DNA of 63,968 nt, filler included, from Octopus bimaculoides (GCF_001194135.2; 5 parts of 5 records of this genome joined end to end with filler, not necessarily neighbours in it), one strand, 5' to 3'. Shown: positions 1 to 12,015, numbered from the whole stretch's first letter. The notes: generated from the letters alone by a model not told the origin. Numbers and translations are program-made.

Positions 1-12
1 AGAGTGAGAGAA

Positions 13-56
<44 letters not shown>

Positions 57-87
57 GGACAGACAGAGAAAGAATGAGAGAAAGAGT

Positions 88-132
<45 letters not shown>

Positions 133-133
133 C

Positions 134-164
<31 letters not shown>

Positions 165-500
165 GGACAGACGGACAGACAGACAGACAGATGGACAGAC
201 AGAGATAGATTGAGACAGGCAGACTAACAGGAAAGGAGAGAGAGAGGGGGATATGAAGAAAGAAAGCAAGAAAAAGAAAGAGAGGGAGAAAGACTGAGAG
301 AGACGAGATAGATTTAAAGACGAAGAGCGTGAAAGAGAGAGGGAGAGAGAGAGACAAAGAAACAAAGGTAGAAAGTGGAAGAGAGCGACGTGAGAGAGAG
401 AAAGAGAGAGAGAGATTTAAAGAGGAAGAGCGAGGGAGAGACTGATAGAGAGAGAGGGGGGGGAGAGTTAAAGGGGAAGAACGAGAGAGTGAGAAAACGT
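1..500. repeat. (AG)n/(ACAG)n compound microsatellite
   Basis: Direct: runs of agagag, acagacag, gagtga. Confidence 0.95.
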
Positions 501-554
501 ATTTTAGAGGGAAATTCTGATGTTTTGGGTATTCACGTGTACATGGGCAGAGCA

Positions 555-823
555 GATGTGTGTGTGTGTGTGTGTGTGTGTGGATGTATTTATTGGTGTA
601 TGCGTGCGTGTGTGTGTGTTGATATGTGTGTGTGCATGTGTATATTTTCGTGTGTGTGTGTGTGGATGGATATTTCTATTGATGTATGTGTGTGTGTAGA
701 TATTTCTATTAATGTATGTGTATATTGACATGTGTGTATGTGTATGTGTGGATATTTCTATTAATGTATGTGTATATTGATGTGTGTTTGGATGTGTGTG
801 CATATGGGTATTTTGGGTATTTT

Positions 824-866
<43 letters not shown>

Positions 867-1035
867 GTGCGTGTGTGTGTGTGTGTGTGCGGATATTTCT
901 ATTGATGTATGTGTGTGTGCATATGCGTACACGTGTGTATTTTCGTGTTTATATGTATGTGGATGTTTGCAAATGTGTTATTTTCATGTGTATAAGTATA
1001 TGGGTGTGTATGCGTGCGCGCGCATGCGTATGTGT
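555..1035. repeat. (GT)n microsatellite with recurring GATATTTCTATTRATGTATGTG spacer
   Basis: Direct: GT runs interrupted about four times by the same ~22-nt motif. Confidence 0.9.
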
Positions 1036-1388
1036 TAGTGTTTCTGAAAGTAAAAGGAACTGTTTATATTATTCTCTAAAACTTTTATCAGGTTTCATAG
1101 GATTTATTGTTTGCTGTAGACACTTGACAATTCAAAGAATTCTATATACATGGAGAGTTGGAGAGTTGCTGCTGCTGCTAACCTAAACACCGAAAAGTTT
1201 AAAATAAAATAACGAAATCGATGTAAATATACAATTCTTGGGCTGCTTCCCTCTAAAGATAGGGTTTTGCACCCGAAATATAAAGGGTGTTTGTAAAAAT
1301 TTCTGCATTGCTACAGCTTCCTTTATTTTCCTTTCAAGTTTCCACACACACACACACATGCACACACGCACACACACACCGATATATA

Positions 1389-1528
1389 GGCACAGGCGTG
1401 GCTGTGTGGTAAGAGGCTCGCTTCTCAACCACATGGTTCTGGGTTCAGTTCCGCTGCCTGTTATCTTGGACAAGTGTCTTCTACAATAGCCTCAGGCCGA
1501 CCAATAGTCGGAAACTGAAAGAAACCCT
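1389..1528 (+). mobile_element. tRNA-derived SINE, family A, 5' part (truncated at gap)
   Basis: Head aggcgtggctgtgtggtaaga...gggttcagttcc with A/B-box-like motifs; matches copies at 4528, 16228, 28222, 62360. Confidence 0.85.
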
Positions 1529-2172
1529 NNNNNNNNNNNNNNNNNNNNNNNNNNNNNNNNNNNNNNNNNNNNNNNNNNNNNNNNNNNNNNNNNNNNNNNN
1601 NNNNNNNNNNNNNNNNNNNNNNNNNNNNNNNNNNNNNNNNNNNNNNNNNNNNNNNNNNNNNNNNNNNNNNNNNNNNNNNNNNNNNNNNNNNNNNNNNNNN
1701 NNNNNNNNNNNNNNNNNNNNNNNNNNNNNNNNNNNNNNNNNNNNNNNNNNNNNNNNNNNNNNNNNNNNNNNNNNNNNNNNNNNNNNNNNNNNNNNNNNNN
1801 NNNNNNNNNNNNNNNNNNNNNNNNNNNNNNNNNNNNNNNNNNNNNNNNNNNNNNTTAGGGGTTGAGGGTTCAACCCACTAAGGGATAGTATCTATCCAAT
1901 ATACTGCTGGGAGGGTACCCAATTATTGCTACACTAGTGTTATACCAAGTGCAATAAATGGGAGCGGGTGAAAGTGGAGGTTTTACCCCAAATTTGTATA
2001 TCAATTAGAAAATGGAGGATAATATGCTGAACCCAACTACTTGCAGACAGTGTATCCCGTTGAATTCATTAATTTAATTCATAACCAAAGTGACAAACCA
2101 TGTTGTTTTGCCAACCGGGTTTACATATAGAAGTACAAAGTACATAAGAAATTAGAGAGTGAACAGAAGTTT

Positions 2173-2301
2173 AATCTTACAGCTGTTTCGGCCTAGTTTT
2201 AGCATATCCCATTCTATCCGAATAGTTCTTGCCGGAGTGATTATCGGATGACATGTTGAAATGGGGTTACATGCCCGAACCGCTAGGCCTCTTCAGAGGT
2301 T
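2173..2301 (-). ncRNA. Type I hammerhead ribozyme motif with long stem II insertion (Penelope pLTR-like)
   Basis: Minus strand: AACCT-CTGAAGA-GGCCTAG...(86 nt)...CTAGGCC-GAAA-CAGCTG-TA/AGATT. Intact core, 7-bp stem II base, palindromic stem III (ACAGCTGT), GUA triplet, stem I 4/5 paired. Confidence 0.75.
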
Positions 2302-2454
2302 CACAAAGGGTTCCATACAAATAGAGAGCAAGAGGTAAAAACAGAGGTGTAGTAAAGACAAGAACAAAAACAATAGCAAAAATAAGATAGAAATAAAAAT
2401 AAAAACTAAAATTAAAATCAAAATCAAAATAAAAAATAAAAAATAAGGGTACAG

Positions 2455-3385
2455 CAGGAATTCCTACTCCTCGGGACTTTCCACGAAGTAATTCCTCCCC
2501 TCCTCCAAGTCCCTGGAACTTTCCAGGAAGAAATTACCCCTCCTCGGAACTTTCAACGAAGTAATTCCATCCCGACCTCGGAACTTTCCAGAAAGTAATT
2601 CCTCCCCACCTTCCTTGGAACTTTCCAGAAAGTAATTCACAGCCCTCTTCGGAACATTCCAGGATGTAATCCCCCTCCTCGGAACATTCCAGGATGTAAC
2701 CCCCCTCCTCGGAACTTTCCATGAAGTAATTCGCCCCGTCCTCGGAACTATCTAGGAAGTAGCTCATCTTCGAAACTTTCCAGAAAGTAGCATCTTCGGA
2801 ACTTTCCAGGCATTAGTTCAACCACGGAACTTCCCAGGAAATCCTCGAAATTTTCCAGGAAATCCTCGGAAATTTCCAAGAAGTCCTCGGGCCTTTCCAC
2901 GAATCTTCGGAACTTTCCAGGAAGTCACATACCCGGAACTTTCCAGGAAATAGCTGATACTCAGAACTTTCCAGGAAAACCAATCCGTGGAACATTGCAG
3001 GAAGTACCACCCTCAGAAGTAGCTCATCCTCGGAACTTCCCAGGAAGTACCATCCTCGGAACTTTCCAGGAAGTACCTCACCCTCGGGTATTTTCAGGAA
3101 ATCCATGGAACTTTCCATGAAGACATATCCTCGGAATTTTCCAGGAAGTATCATCTTCGAATATTTCCAGGAAATCCTTGTAACTTTCCAGGAAGACCAA
3201 CCCTCGGAATTTTCCAGGAAGATCAATCCTCGGAAATTTCCAGGTAATCCTCGGTTCTTTCCGGAAAATCATCGTCACTTTCCAGGAAATCACCGCAAAA
3301 CTTTCCAGGGAGTAGCTTATCCTCGGATCTTTCCAGGAAATCCATCCTCTTCCAGGAAGTACCATCCTCGGATCTTTCAGAAATC
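2455..3385. repeat. Minisatellite array, core CCTCGGAACTTTCCAGGAAG, variable 20-35 bp units
   Basis: Direct: 30+ degenerate units; about 13 exact TTCCAGGAA counted by eye. Confidence 0.95.
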
Positions 3386-3989
3386 CTCATTATTATTAAT
3401 ACCACGATTATTATCGTTGTTGCCGCACGCAGGATCCATCTCTGTTGGGTGAGAGCCTCTTGCAAAAATCATCTCCCTACGCTCGATACAAGAAGACATA
3501 AACACTTTTCATTTATTTGGTGGCTATGGAGAAAAAAAAGCGTTTTGTGGTAGATGTAATTGTAAGGGTTGAGGATAGGACTATATCTTTCTAACAAAGC
3601 TCTCGTCAGATTCTGCAAGATTCAATAAGTACAGAAATTCTCACATTACGGAAGTAACAAGTTCCTGAAAATCTGGCCATCAAGAGATTCTGTAACGCGA
3701 AATTAATTTCCCATTGATTTTCATGTTATAAAAATAGAATAACTTCCGGAGGATTCTTTTTTTTTCCGAAAATCAGCGACAACAACAAAAATAAGTAATA
3801 CGACCACTTTTATGCATGGAAATGATAATTTCTTAAACATATACTATGCAATATGCATACATAAAAGCATTTCTAGGGAAATACATCAGGGAATAAATAC
3901 AAATCGTAATATCGTATGAAATAGTGTACGTTTTTCTGGGAATAGTGAGTTTCTGGGAAGATGAGGAGCATTATCTTTTAGCTAATAGT

Positions 3990-5560
3990 TCATCATTATC
4001 AACATCTACCTGAAAGGCGAAGAGCGTAACCAAAATTGCTTGATGTTAATGGTGCATCATTTCTTTGTTCAGCTCGATGTAGGAATTGAATTCATTGTAA
4101 ACTTTTGTCATTTTTATGTTACGTTAACAATTAGGGTCGTTATCAGCAAGACTTGCTGACCTACAACTATAAGAGCCAACTCTCTAGCAATTTTGTTGTG
4201 GAATTTCTGCTCTCATTCTAGCAGTGTCAGCTCTTAGATAAACTTCCTGTATGGAACACTCCAACACTAGCAACTCAACCACGTCATCCTCTAGGACTTC
4301 TTCCAGTCCAGTATCATTTGCAAATATCACAATACCTTTCGGATGTGGACACAATGTCCTTTCAAGCAGACATTCTGCTTGTGAAAAAACTGCATTCACT
4401 AATACCATATATTTTCCAAATAACACTCAAATTTGAAGATTTCGCTTCATCTCATGTCTTAGTTGTTTTGTCCATGTCATCCATCATGTTGAACTTCTTC
4501 CAGAACTCTAAGTTAAGGCAACATAGCAAGCGTGGCTGTGTGATAAGAAGCTTGCTTCCCAACCACACAGTTCCCGGTTCAATCTCATTGCGTGGCGCCT
4601 TAGGAAAGTATGTTCTATAGCCTCAGACCGACCAAAACCTTGTGAGTGGATTTGGTAGACGGGAACTGAAAGAAGACCGTCGTTTATGCGCGCGCGTCTA
4701 CCTTTATGTCAGCGTTTGTCCCCCAGCAACTCTTGACAACCGGTGTTGGTGCGTTTACGTCCTCGTAAATTATCGGTTCGATAAAGAGACCGATAGAATA
4801 AATACTACGCTTAAAGAAAAAGAAAGACAACTTAAGTACCGGGGTCCATTCATAGGACTAAAATTCTTCAAGGCTGTCTCCTAGCATGGCCGCAGCCTCA
4901 TGACCGCAACAAGGGAAAAGTAAAAGATATCAGGGGCTTTCATAAATTGTTTAAAATTCTTCTCAGATAATATATCTTGAAGTAAGCTATCACACTTTGG
5001 TCCATCGGTTGGAGCAAAGAATATGTTCTTGGCGATATATTCTTCTCTCACATTACCAAAAAGCTCATTTATGTTTACAGGATGGCTTGGTGCATTGTTT
5101 AAAAGGGGTAATGTTTTGTAGGAAATATTATGCCTGACATTGTACCTTTCAAAAGCAGGACAAAAATATGTGTAGACCCCTCTTCGAAGAAGCTGTTAGT
5201 CACCTTTGCCTTCTTATTTGAACACCAAATGAGAGGTAGATTAAACTTGCATAACACTTTAACGCCCTTGGATTTTTGGAGTGATACCCGGTTAAGGGCT
5301 TAAATTTCATATCGCCAGCAGCTTTTCTTCCCAAAAAAGCACCGGATAATTTTTGGAAGCTCTAGATCCTGCTTTTTTTCTCCGGCTATAAAAGTTCTAG
5401 CAGGCCTGCGTTTCAAGAAAGTATACTTTCATTAACATTGTATACTTGTTTTGTTGTTTTTGTTGTTGTTGTTGTTTTTTTTTGTTGTTGTTGTTAAGGC
5501 AGTGAAATGGCAGAATTGTTAATGCGTCTGAAAATGGCTGGCGCTATTTCTTCCGATTCG
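3990..5560 (-). mobile_element. Decayed Tigger/pogo DDE transposase remnant, interrupted by a SINE (4528-4925) and a (TTG)n tract
   Basis: Frameshifted minus-strand peptides QVYNVNE, PARTFIAGEK, AAGDMKFKPL..YHSKNPRALK, WCSNKKAKVT, LLNNAPSHP, LLQPMDQSVIAYFK.YYLRR, FWKKFNMMD, DNDPN match recalled Tigger-type transposase motifs in the right order. Confidence 0.85.
4528..4925 (+). mobile_element. SINE family A, near full length, nested in the Tigger remnant
   Basis: Head-body-tail similarity to other family A copies. Confidence 0.9.
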
Positions 5561-5949
5561 TTGCGTTCTAAGTTCAAGTCCCGCTCAAGTAAACATGACC
5601 TTGTGCCTAAGTCAGAGGCCTTTATCGCTGCTGCTGTTGCTGCTAATGTTACTGCTGTTCTTGTTTTACTATTTCCTGTATTTGTTCGCCAAACCTTCAG
5701 TTCTATAACATCATGCGGTATTTGATGGTAAATATATACCCCAGGCGAATATAACAAACTTTAGATTTAAATATCTTATAGATTGCTTCATAGTATAACA
5801 ACACAGCTTCTTCTTTAGTTTCTGCTATGTCCCCATGCACTGGATGAAACCACGCCCCTATGACAAGATGAGCTCTTCTGCTCATTAAAAACAAAAATCA
5901 GTTTTTCTTTGGAACAGTAGATCTCGAAGCACTTAAAGAATACTTTCTT

Positions 5950-6120
5950 AATTTGGCACAAGGGTGGAAAAGTCGATTACAACGACCCTAGTGTTCAACT
6001 AAGGTACTTATTTTATCGACTTCGAAAAAAATGAAAGGTAAAGTCGACTTCAGCGGTTTTTGAACTCAGAACTTAAAGATGGGTGGAAAACCGCTGAGCA
6101 TTTTGCCAGCTCGCTGTCTT
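5950..6120 (-). mobile_element. SINE family C fragment
   Basis: ggtacttattttatcgac...aaagtcgac...tttgaactcagaac motif shared with many copies in the window. Confidence 0.8.
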
Positions 6121-6252
6121 ACTTAAAGACGTAAATAGAAGTAAATTGAAAAAAATCCCTTTTGAATCGGAAAATTAGTCGAAGGCTGCCTGTGGGGCTC
6201 GAACCCTCATATCTTGGTAAGACTAAAGTTTCTAAAATGGATAGAGAAATTC

Positions 6253-6327
6253 GAAGGATTGGCTTAATGGTACAATACCCGTCTTGTCGACAGGAGATGT
6301 GGGTTCGAGTCTTACCGGCAACCTTCG
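6253..6327 (+). other. tRNA-like (Asp-related) pseudo-cloverleaf inside a ~20-bp flanking inverted repeat
   Basis: A-box-like TGGCTTAATGG, T-arm GTGGG-TTCGAGT-CTTAC; imperfect anticodon arm; flanks 6238-6257 and 6322-6341 are complementary. Confidence 0.5.
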
Positions 6328-6377
6328 TCTTTTTCTATCCAAAATGGTTTTTCAACCAAATATTTACATGCTATTAA

Positions 6378-6595
6378 AGGCGACAAGCTTCCAGAATCGT
6401 TCGCACGTCGGGCAAGATGCTTAGTGGCATTTCATCAGTCTTTATATTCTGAGTTCAAATTATGCCGGAGTCGACTTTGTCTTTCATTCTTTCGGGGCCG
6501 ATGAAATAAATACCAGTTGAGCTCTGGCGTCGATGTAATCGACTTAACCCCCTCCTGTTAAATTGCTGGTCTTGTGCCAAAATTTGAAATCAATA
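6378..6595 (+). mobile_element. SINE family C
   Basis: aaggcgacaagct..cagaatcgtt...gagttcaaat...gtcgactttg...ggggccgatgaaataaataccag; matches other copies. Confidence 0.85.
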
Positions 6596-6609
6596 TTTAT
6601 ATGCTATTA

Positions 6610-7100
6610 TTTACAGCCTCATATGCTTCGAGATCCATTGTTCCAAAATAGAATGATTTCATGTTCTCTCAAAAGCTAAAAAATTCTTATGACGTCAGTA
6701 AAAAGAAATCAGTATTTTTTCTCTGTAATACATTGATTCAAATTTCCTTTTAAAATCCATTGCTATGTGTGTTAGATTGCGTTGTTCCGATTCCAGTATT
6801 CCACCAATGTTTTTTTTTTTTTTCCTTAGAACTTTTCTTCTGTGCAGAAGATAAAAGTTCATTTCCTCTCAAAAATCATGTAACAATTCGCTCGCATCCT
6901 ACTGGCTCAACTGTATTTCTTGATGTATTCGGTGGCTCGAGACCGCAACACGTATATATTTATTACATAGACTAGATGGCGATCCATTATGAGGTAAAAA
7001 ACGTATAATTTGGATCAGTGACACTCCATTTTACAGCGTGTTCTTTGTACGCGCTCTCAAACAGAAAAAAAGGAAAAAGAAGACAGACAAACAGACAGAC

Positions 7101-7135
<35 letters not shown>

Positions 7136-8200
7136 ATGAAAGAAAGAAAGAAAGAAAGAAAAAGCATCTACAGCAGCTCTAAGAAGCAATACTCTTTGTT
7201 ATGATCACTAACTGCAACAATTCGTTGAGTGATATCAAATTTGTCATGCGGCAAAATCCCAAATATATAATCTACCGCTTCTTTAGCGTCCTGATCTGAT
7301 GATGTTTTGGCTTTCGTTATTTTCTTGAATGAAGAATTTCTAATTCAATAATTCTCGCTCTATGTCGATGAAGTAAATTGGTAGTAATATCCTTTCGAAT
7401 CAATTTCGAAAAATCGATTTCCTCGTCATCAATCAATAGCACTTTTGTTTCCCATGATATTACATTTACTATTTCTACCACTTAACTAAAAGAAGAAAAA
7501 AAAACCCTCTACTGCTTACTGCACTTTGATTGCATCATTATATCAAGTAATTCCTTTCTATGGGTTTTTATCAATCTTCCAGATTTCACATTCTGGAAAT
7601 TTCTTTTACTTCCTGCCATGGAACCTCTTTTCCAATTCGAAATCCATCTCTCAGATGTTTTCCTTTTTTGTATATTTCTACTACACCAGCTAGAAATACT
7701 AAGCGTTCAATGGATTTAAGGGTCAATACACTATCAAATAAGTGCTCTGATACTTCTTCTACAGTTTCTTATCATAGTTCACTGGATCGCGCTCAGCTAT
7801 TTACTCCTCCATATTCAAGAAATAAACAATGGGAACCATTGGAACATGCAGTTTCGTAAATTGCTTTCGTAACCTGCATTGAAAAATGTGTCATTCGTAA
7901 CATGCTCTCCTCTTCAAGATCACGCGTTCTTTTGTACTCTGTTTTCTAGTTTTCTTTTTCTTTTTTTCTTTACTCTTCTTTAGTCAGGCAGAATTGATAT
8001 TCCTTTTCCAATGTTTTCGTTGATATTTAATATTTTACGAATATCGAATGAACCAGCAACTGGTATAGTAATTTTCGTTACTTTTACTACAGTCGCATTC
8101 ATCGGCTTAATCTGTTCGTCTGATTCATCTAACTCGACAAAGAAAGAATCGCTTCGTTTTCGACTTGTGGTACACACGCACAAATAATTACTACATTTAA
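6610..8200 (-). pseudogene. Decayed coding-like segment of unknown family
   Basis: Several 50-100 codon, non-repetitive, stop-poor frames on one strand, broken by frameshifts and microsatellites; no recognised domain. Confidence 0.35.
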
Positions 8201-10254
8201 AATATTCAGAACTTCTAGATTTTTAACATCGACATGTGAGAATGACATCACCTAAAAGCACAACTACTGAACTGTTTCTTAACACTCCTTGCCACGTTAA
8301 TTAATCTTTACTTATCCTTCATTGCTATAATGTACTGTATACTACAGGCGTTTATGTATCACACTTAATGTAATTAAATCGTTCAAAGGTAATTTACTCT
8401 GGTATTCGCCCAGAAATAACATCTCTTATGGATATGCTGCGGTTAAAAAAATATGTATGTGTGTGTCTACATACATACATACATACATACATACATACAT
8501 ACATACATACATACATACATGCACACACACACACACAATTTTCATCTCCCTCCAATATGCGTACATATATCTATCTATAATACGTTAAAAGTAAGATTGA
8601 AACTTGCTTGCTTGCAATGTTACTCAGCCAAACTGGCGCATAATGGGAAAATACTATGAATTAAGCTTCCTCTGAAATGTNNNNNNNNNNNNNNNNNNNN
8701 NNNNNNNNNNNNNNNNNNNNNNNNNNNNNNNNNNNNNNNNNNNNNNNNNNNNNNNNNNNNNNNNNNNNNNNNNNNNNNNNNNNNNNNNNNNNNNNNNNNN
8801 NNNNNNNNNNNNNNNNNNNNNNNNNNNNNNNNNNNNNNNNNNNNNNNNNNNNNNNNNNNNNNNNNNNNNNNNNNNNNNNNNNNNNNNNNNNNNNNNNNNN
8901 NNNNNNNNNNNNNNNNNNNNNNNNNNNNNNNNNNNNNNNNNNNNNNNNNNNNNNNNNNNNNNNNNNNNNNNNNNNNNNNNNNNNNNNNNNNNNNNNNNNN
9001 NNNNNNNNNNNNNNNNNNNNNNNNNNNNNNNNNNNNNNNNNNNNNNNNNNNNNNNNNNNNNNNNNNNNNNNNNNNNNNNNNNNNNNNNNNNNNNNNNNNN
9101 NNNNNNNNNNNNNNNNNNNNNNNNNNNNNNNNNNNNNNNNNNNNNNNNNNNNNNNNNNNNNNNNNNNNNNNNNNNNNNNNNNNNNNNNNNNNNNNNNNNN
9201 NNNNNNNNNNNNNNNNNNNNNNNNNNNNNNNNNNNNNNNNNNNNNNNNNNNNNNNNNNNNNNNNNNNNNNNNNNNNNNNNNNNNNNNNNNNNNNNNNNNN
9301 NNNNNNNNNNNNNNNNNNNNNNNNNNNNNNNNNNNNNNNNNNNNNNNNNNNNNNNNNNNNNNNNNNNNNNNNNNNNNNNNNNNNNNNNNNNNNNNNNNNN
9401 NNNNNNNNNNNNNNNNNNNNNNNNNNNNNNNNNNNNNNNNNNNNNNNNNNNNNNNNNNNNNNNNNNNNNNNNNNNNNNNNNNNNNNNNNNNNNNNNNNNN
9501 NNNNNNNNNNNNNNNNNNNNNNNNNNNNNNNNNNNNNNNNNNNNNNNNNNNNNNNNNNNNNNNNNNNNNNNNNNNNNNNNNNNNNNNNNNNNNNNNNNNN
9601 NNNNNNNNNNNNTATATACATATAAACATATACGTTTGATATATTTGTGAACGTGCATATGTAATATATGATGGTTTTTATTGGTAGTGGTGTGGTAGTT
9701 AGGACGAAATAAATGTTATAGGGAGAGAGAAAGATTAAAACGAGTGAGAGAAAGATGGGTAGAGTGAGGGAGAGGGTGGTAACATTCATCAAGTAGTTGT
9801 GCATGCGTTTGTTAAAAATACTGAAGACAACAATAAAATATGGCGTATCAAAACTGCTAGTTAATTACCATATAATAGTGCGTGAATCTACGGTCAATAT
9901 AAACTTTGTAAACAAAAGCAAAACCTAAACATTACCAGATACTATTTAAAGATAATTTATATTAAAACTAAGTGCACTAAAGTTGTAATTATTAGATCAT
10001 CAAGTATGAAATTAATATTCCGAGCTGTCTCTGATGCTGTATTTCCAAGAAAGAACTCATATTTCAAAACTGTACGAATTTCCGACTTATCCATCTCTAA
10101 ACAAAAATAACAAAAAATGATTTATAAATACTTTATAAAGCGCAAAATGAGTTAGAATAAAGAAATAGATGTGTCAGCTTTCTAACAAAAAGTAAAAATT
10201 GTCAAAATATAATAATGGTGCAAAATGATCAGCTGTCAAAGTTTACCAGATATA

Positions 10255-10478
10255 CCTTACTACAAATTTCCGACGATGCTGTAAAACAGGCCTTCCAAGA
10301 TTTTATTGTCTATACATTACCAAGCTTTTACAGTTCAAGGCTGGACAAGCTACCGCTGAAATGGCAAAAGTGTATTGACAATTTGGGTGCATACTTCGAT
10401 GAATAAAACTATTCCTTGTATTTATAAAACATTAGCAAACTTTTCTTTTCTACAAATTTCATACTTGACAACCTAGTA
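10255..10478 (+). mobile_element. Mariner transposase 3' end plus right terminus
   Basis: Peptide DDAVKQAFQDFI...FYSSRLDKLPLKWQKCIDNLGAYFDE* is a typical mariner C-terminus; ends ...cttgacaacctagTA. Confidence 0.85.
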
Positions 10479-11254
10479 TACTATTAAGATAATATGATTT
10501 ATCTCAAATGTAGTTTTATAAATCATTATAAGAATTTCAACGATATATTTACGAGAAACGTGCTTAATTGGGTTTATAGTAAAATACCAAAAAGGTTGCC
10601 ACGTATAGAAGACATAACATCCATCTACACCATTTAATTAATATATTATATTACATTATATTATATTATATATATTTTTCATCAATATTACATCTACTAA
10701 CCGTTTTTTAACGCTTATCATCAATGATAATTATATATTTAATGGTAGTTTCTAAGAGCCCATTTACATGCGTGAACACATGAAAAACCAGTCTCTAGGT
10801 TAACATTTAAGAGACATTCTCTGTATAGAATACTCTTAGTAGTGCTCAAAGGAGTTTAAACTTGAGTGGGTATACAAGTAAATGCAGGGATAAGCAAGTT
10901 AGACAGATCAAAGTACAAAATATATCAAATACATGAAATACAAAAAAAGTGTGTATATGTTTACATACAAAAAGGACCAACTTACACAGAATACAAATGA
11001 TATAGAGAATTAAAGGGGTTGAAGAAAAGTATTACATATCCATCATCTGTTTCTGGGGACTAGGTAGTCCAAAATAATGTTTGTAGATTGATTCCATTGT
11101 AGGATGAGACGAGCTTCTGTCTTCAGGGAAGAGATTTTAACATTTGAGGTGTTTACAGAAAGAAGTTCAAAGATTTGTGGGATTTGTAATACATTTCTTC
11201 AACCCCTTTAATTCTATATATCATTTGTATTCTAAGTCGGACGTGTGTAAGTGT

Positions 11255-11328
<74 letters not shown>

Positions 11329-11789
11329 TTGAGCGTGTTTTGCGTATCTCAGTAACGAATGCTACGGATTGGTTAAAATGATATAATTTTAGAGGCTTGT
11401 AACTGTTTATATATATATATGTATATATATANNNNNNNNNNNNNNNNNNNNNNNNNNNNNNNNNNNNNNNNNNNNNNNNNNNNNNNNNNNNNNNNNNNNN
11501 NNNNNNNNNNNNNNNNNNNNNNNNNNNNNNNNNNNNNNNNNNNNNNNNNNNNNNNNNNNNNNNNNNNNNNNNNNNNNNNNNNNNNNNNNNNNNNNNNNNN
11601 NNNNNNNNNNNNNNNNNNNNNNNNNNNNNNNNNNNNNNNNNNNNNNNNNNNNNNNNNNNNNNNNNNNNNNNNNNNNNNNNNNNNNNNNNNNNNNNNNNNN
11701 NNNNNNNNNNNNNNNNNNNNNNNNNNNNNNNNNNNNNNNNNNNNNNNNNNNNNNNNNNNNNNNNNNNNNNNNNNNNNNNNNNNNNNNTG

Positions 11790-12015
11790 TGTGTGTGTGT
11801 GTGTGTGTGTGCGTGAGTGTGTTTGTGTGTCTGTGGTTGTCCCCCCCCCACCATCGCTTGATAACCGATGTTGGTGTGTTCAGTTCCTGTAACTTAGCGG
11901 TTCGGCAAAAGAAAACGATAGAATAAGTACTAGGCTTACAAATAAGTCCTGGGGTCGACTTGTTCGACTAAAGGCGGTGCTCCAGCATGGCTGCAAACAA
12001 ATGAAAGAATAAACA
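11790..12015 (+). mobile_element. SINE family A, 3' half
   Basis: cttgataaccgatgttggtgtg...cttagcggttcggcaaaa...aaggcggtgctccagcatggc. Confidence 0.9.

Noticed and set aside
1855-1876. TTAGGG next to the gap, downstream of the minus-strand hammerhead (Athena/telomere-primed PLE idea)
   Set aside because: Only one perfect repeat, better explained by a small GGGTTGA/TCAACCC hairpin or a TTAGGG-bearing MITE hidden in the gap; needs gap closure.
2455-3385. CRISPR-like or protein-coding interpretation of the array
   Set aside because: Spacers are degenerate variants of each other, there are no cas genes, the context is eukaryotic, and the ORFs simply mirror the repeat.
5507-5725. Plus-strand 72-aa ORF MAELLMRLK...
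   Set aside because: Its start is antisense to the Tigger remnant and its middle is a (GCT)n tract.
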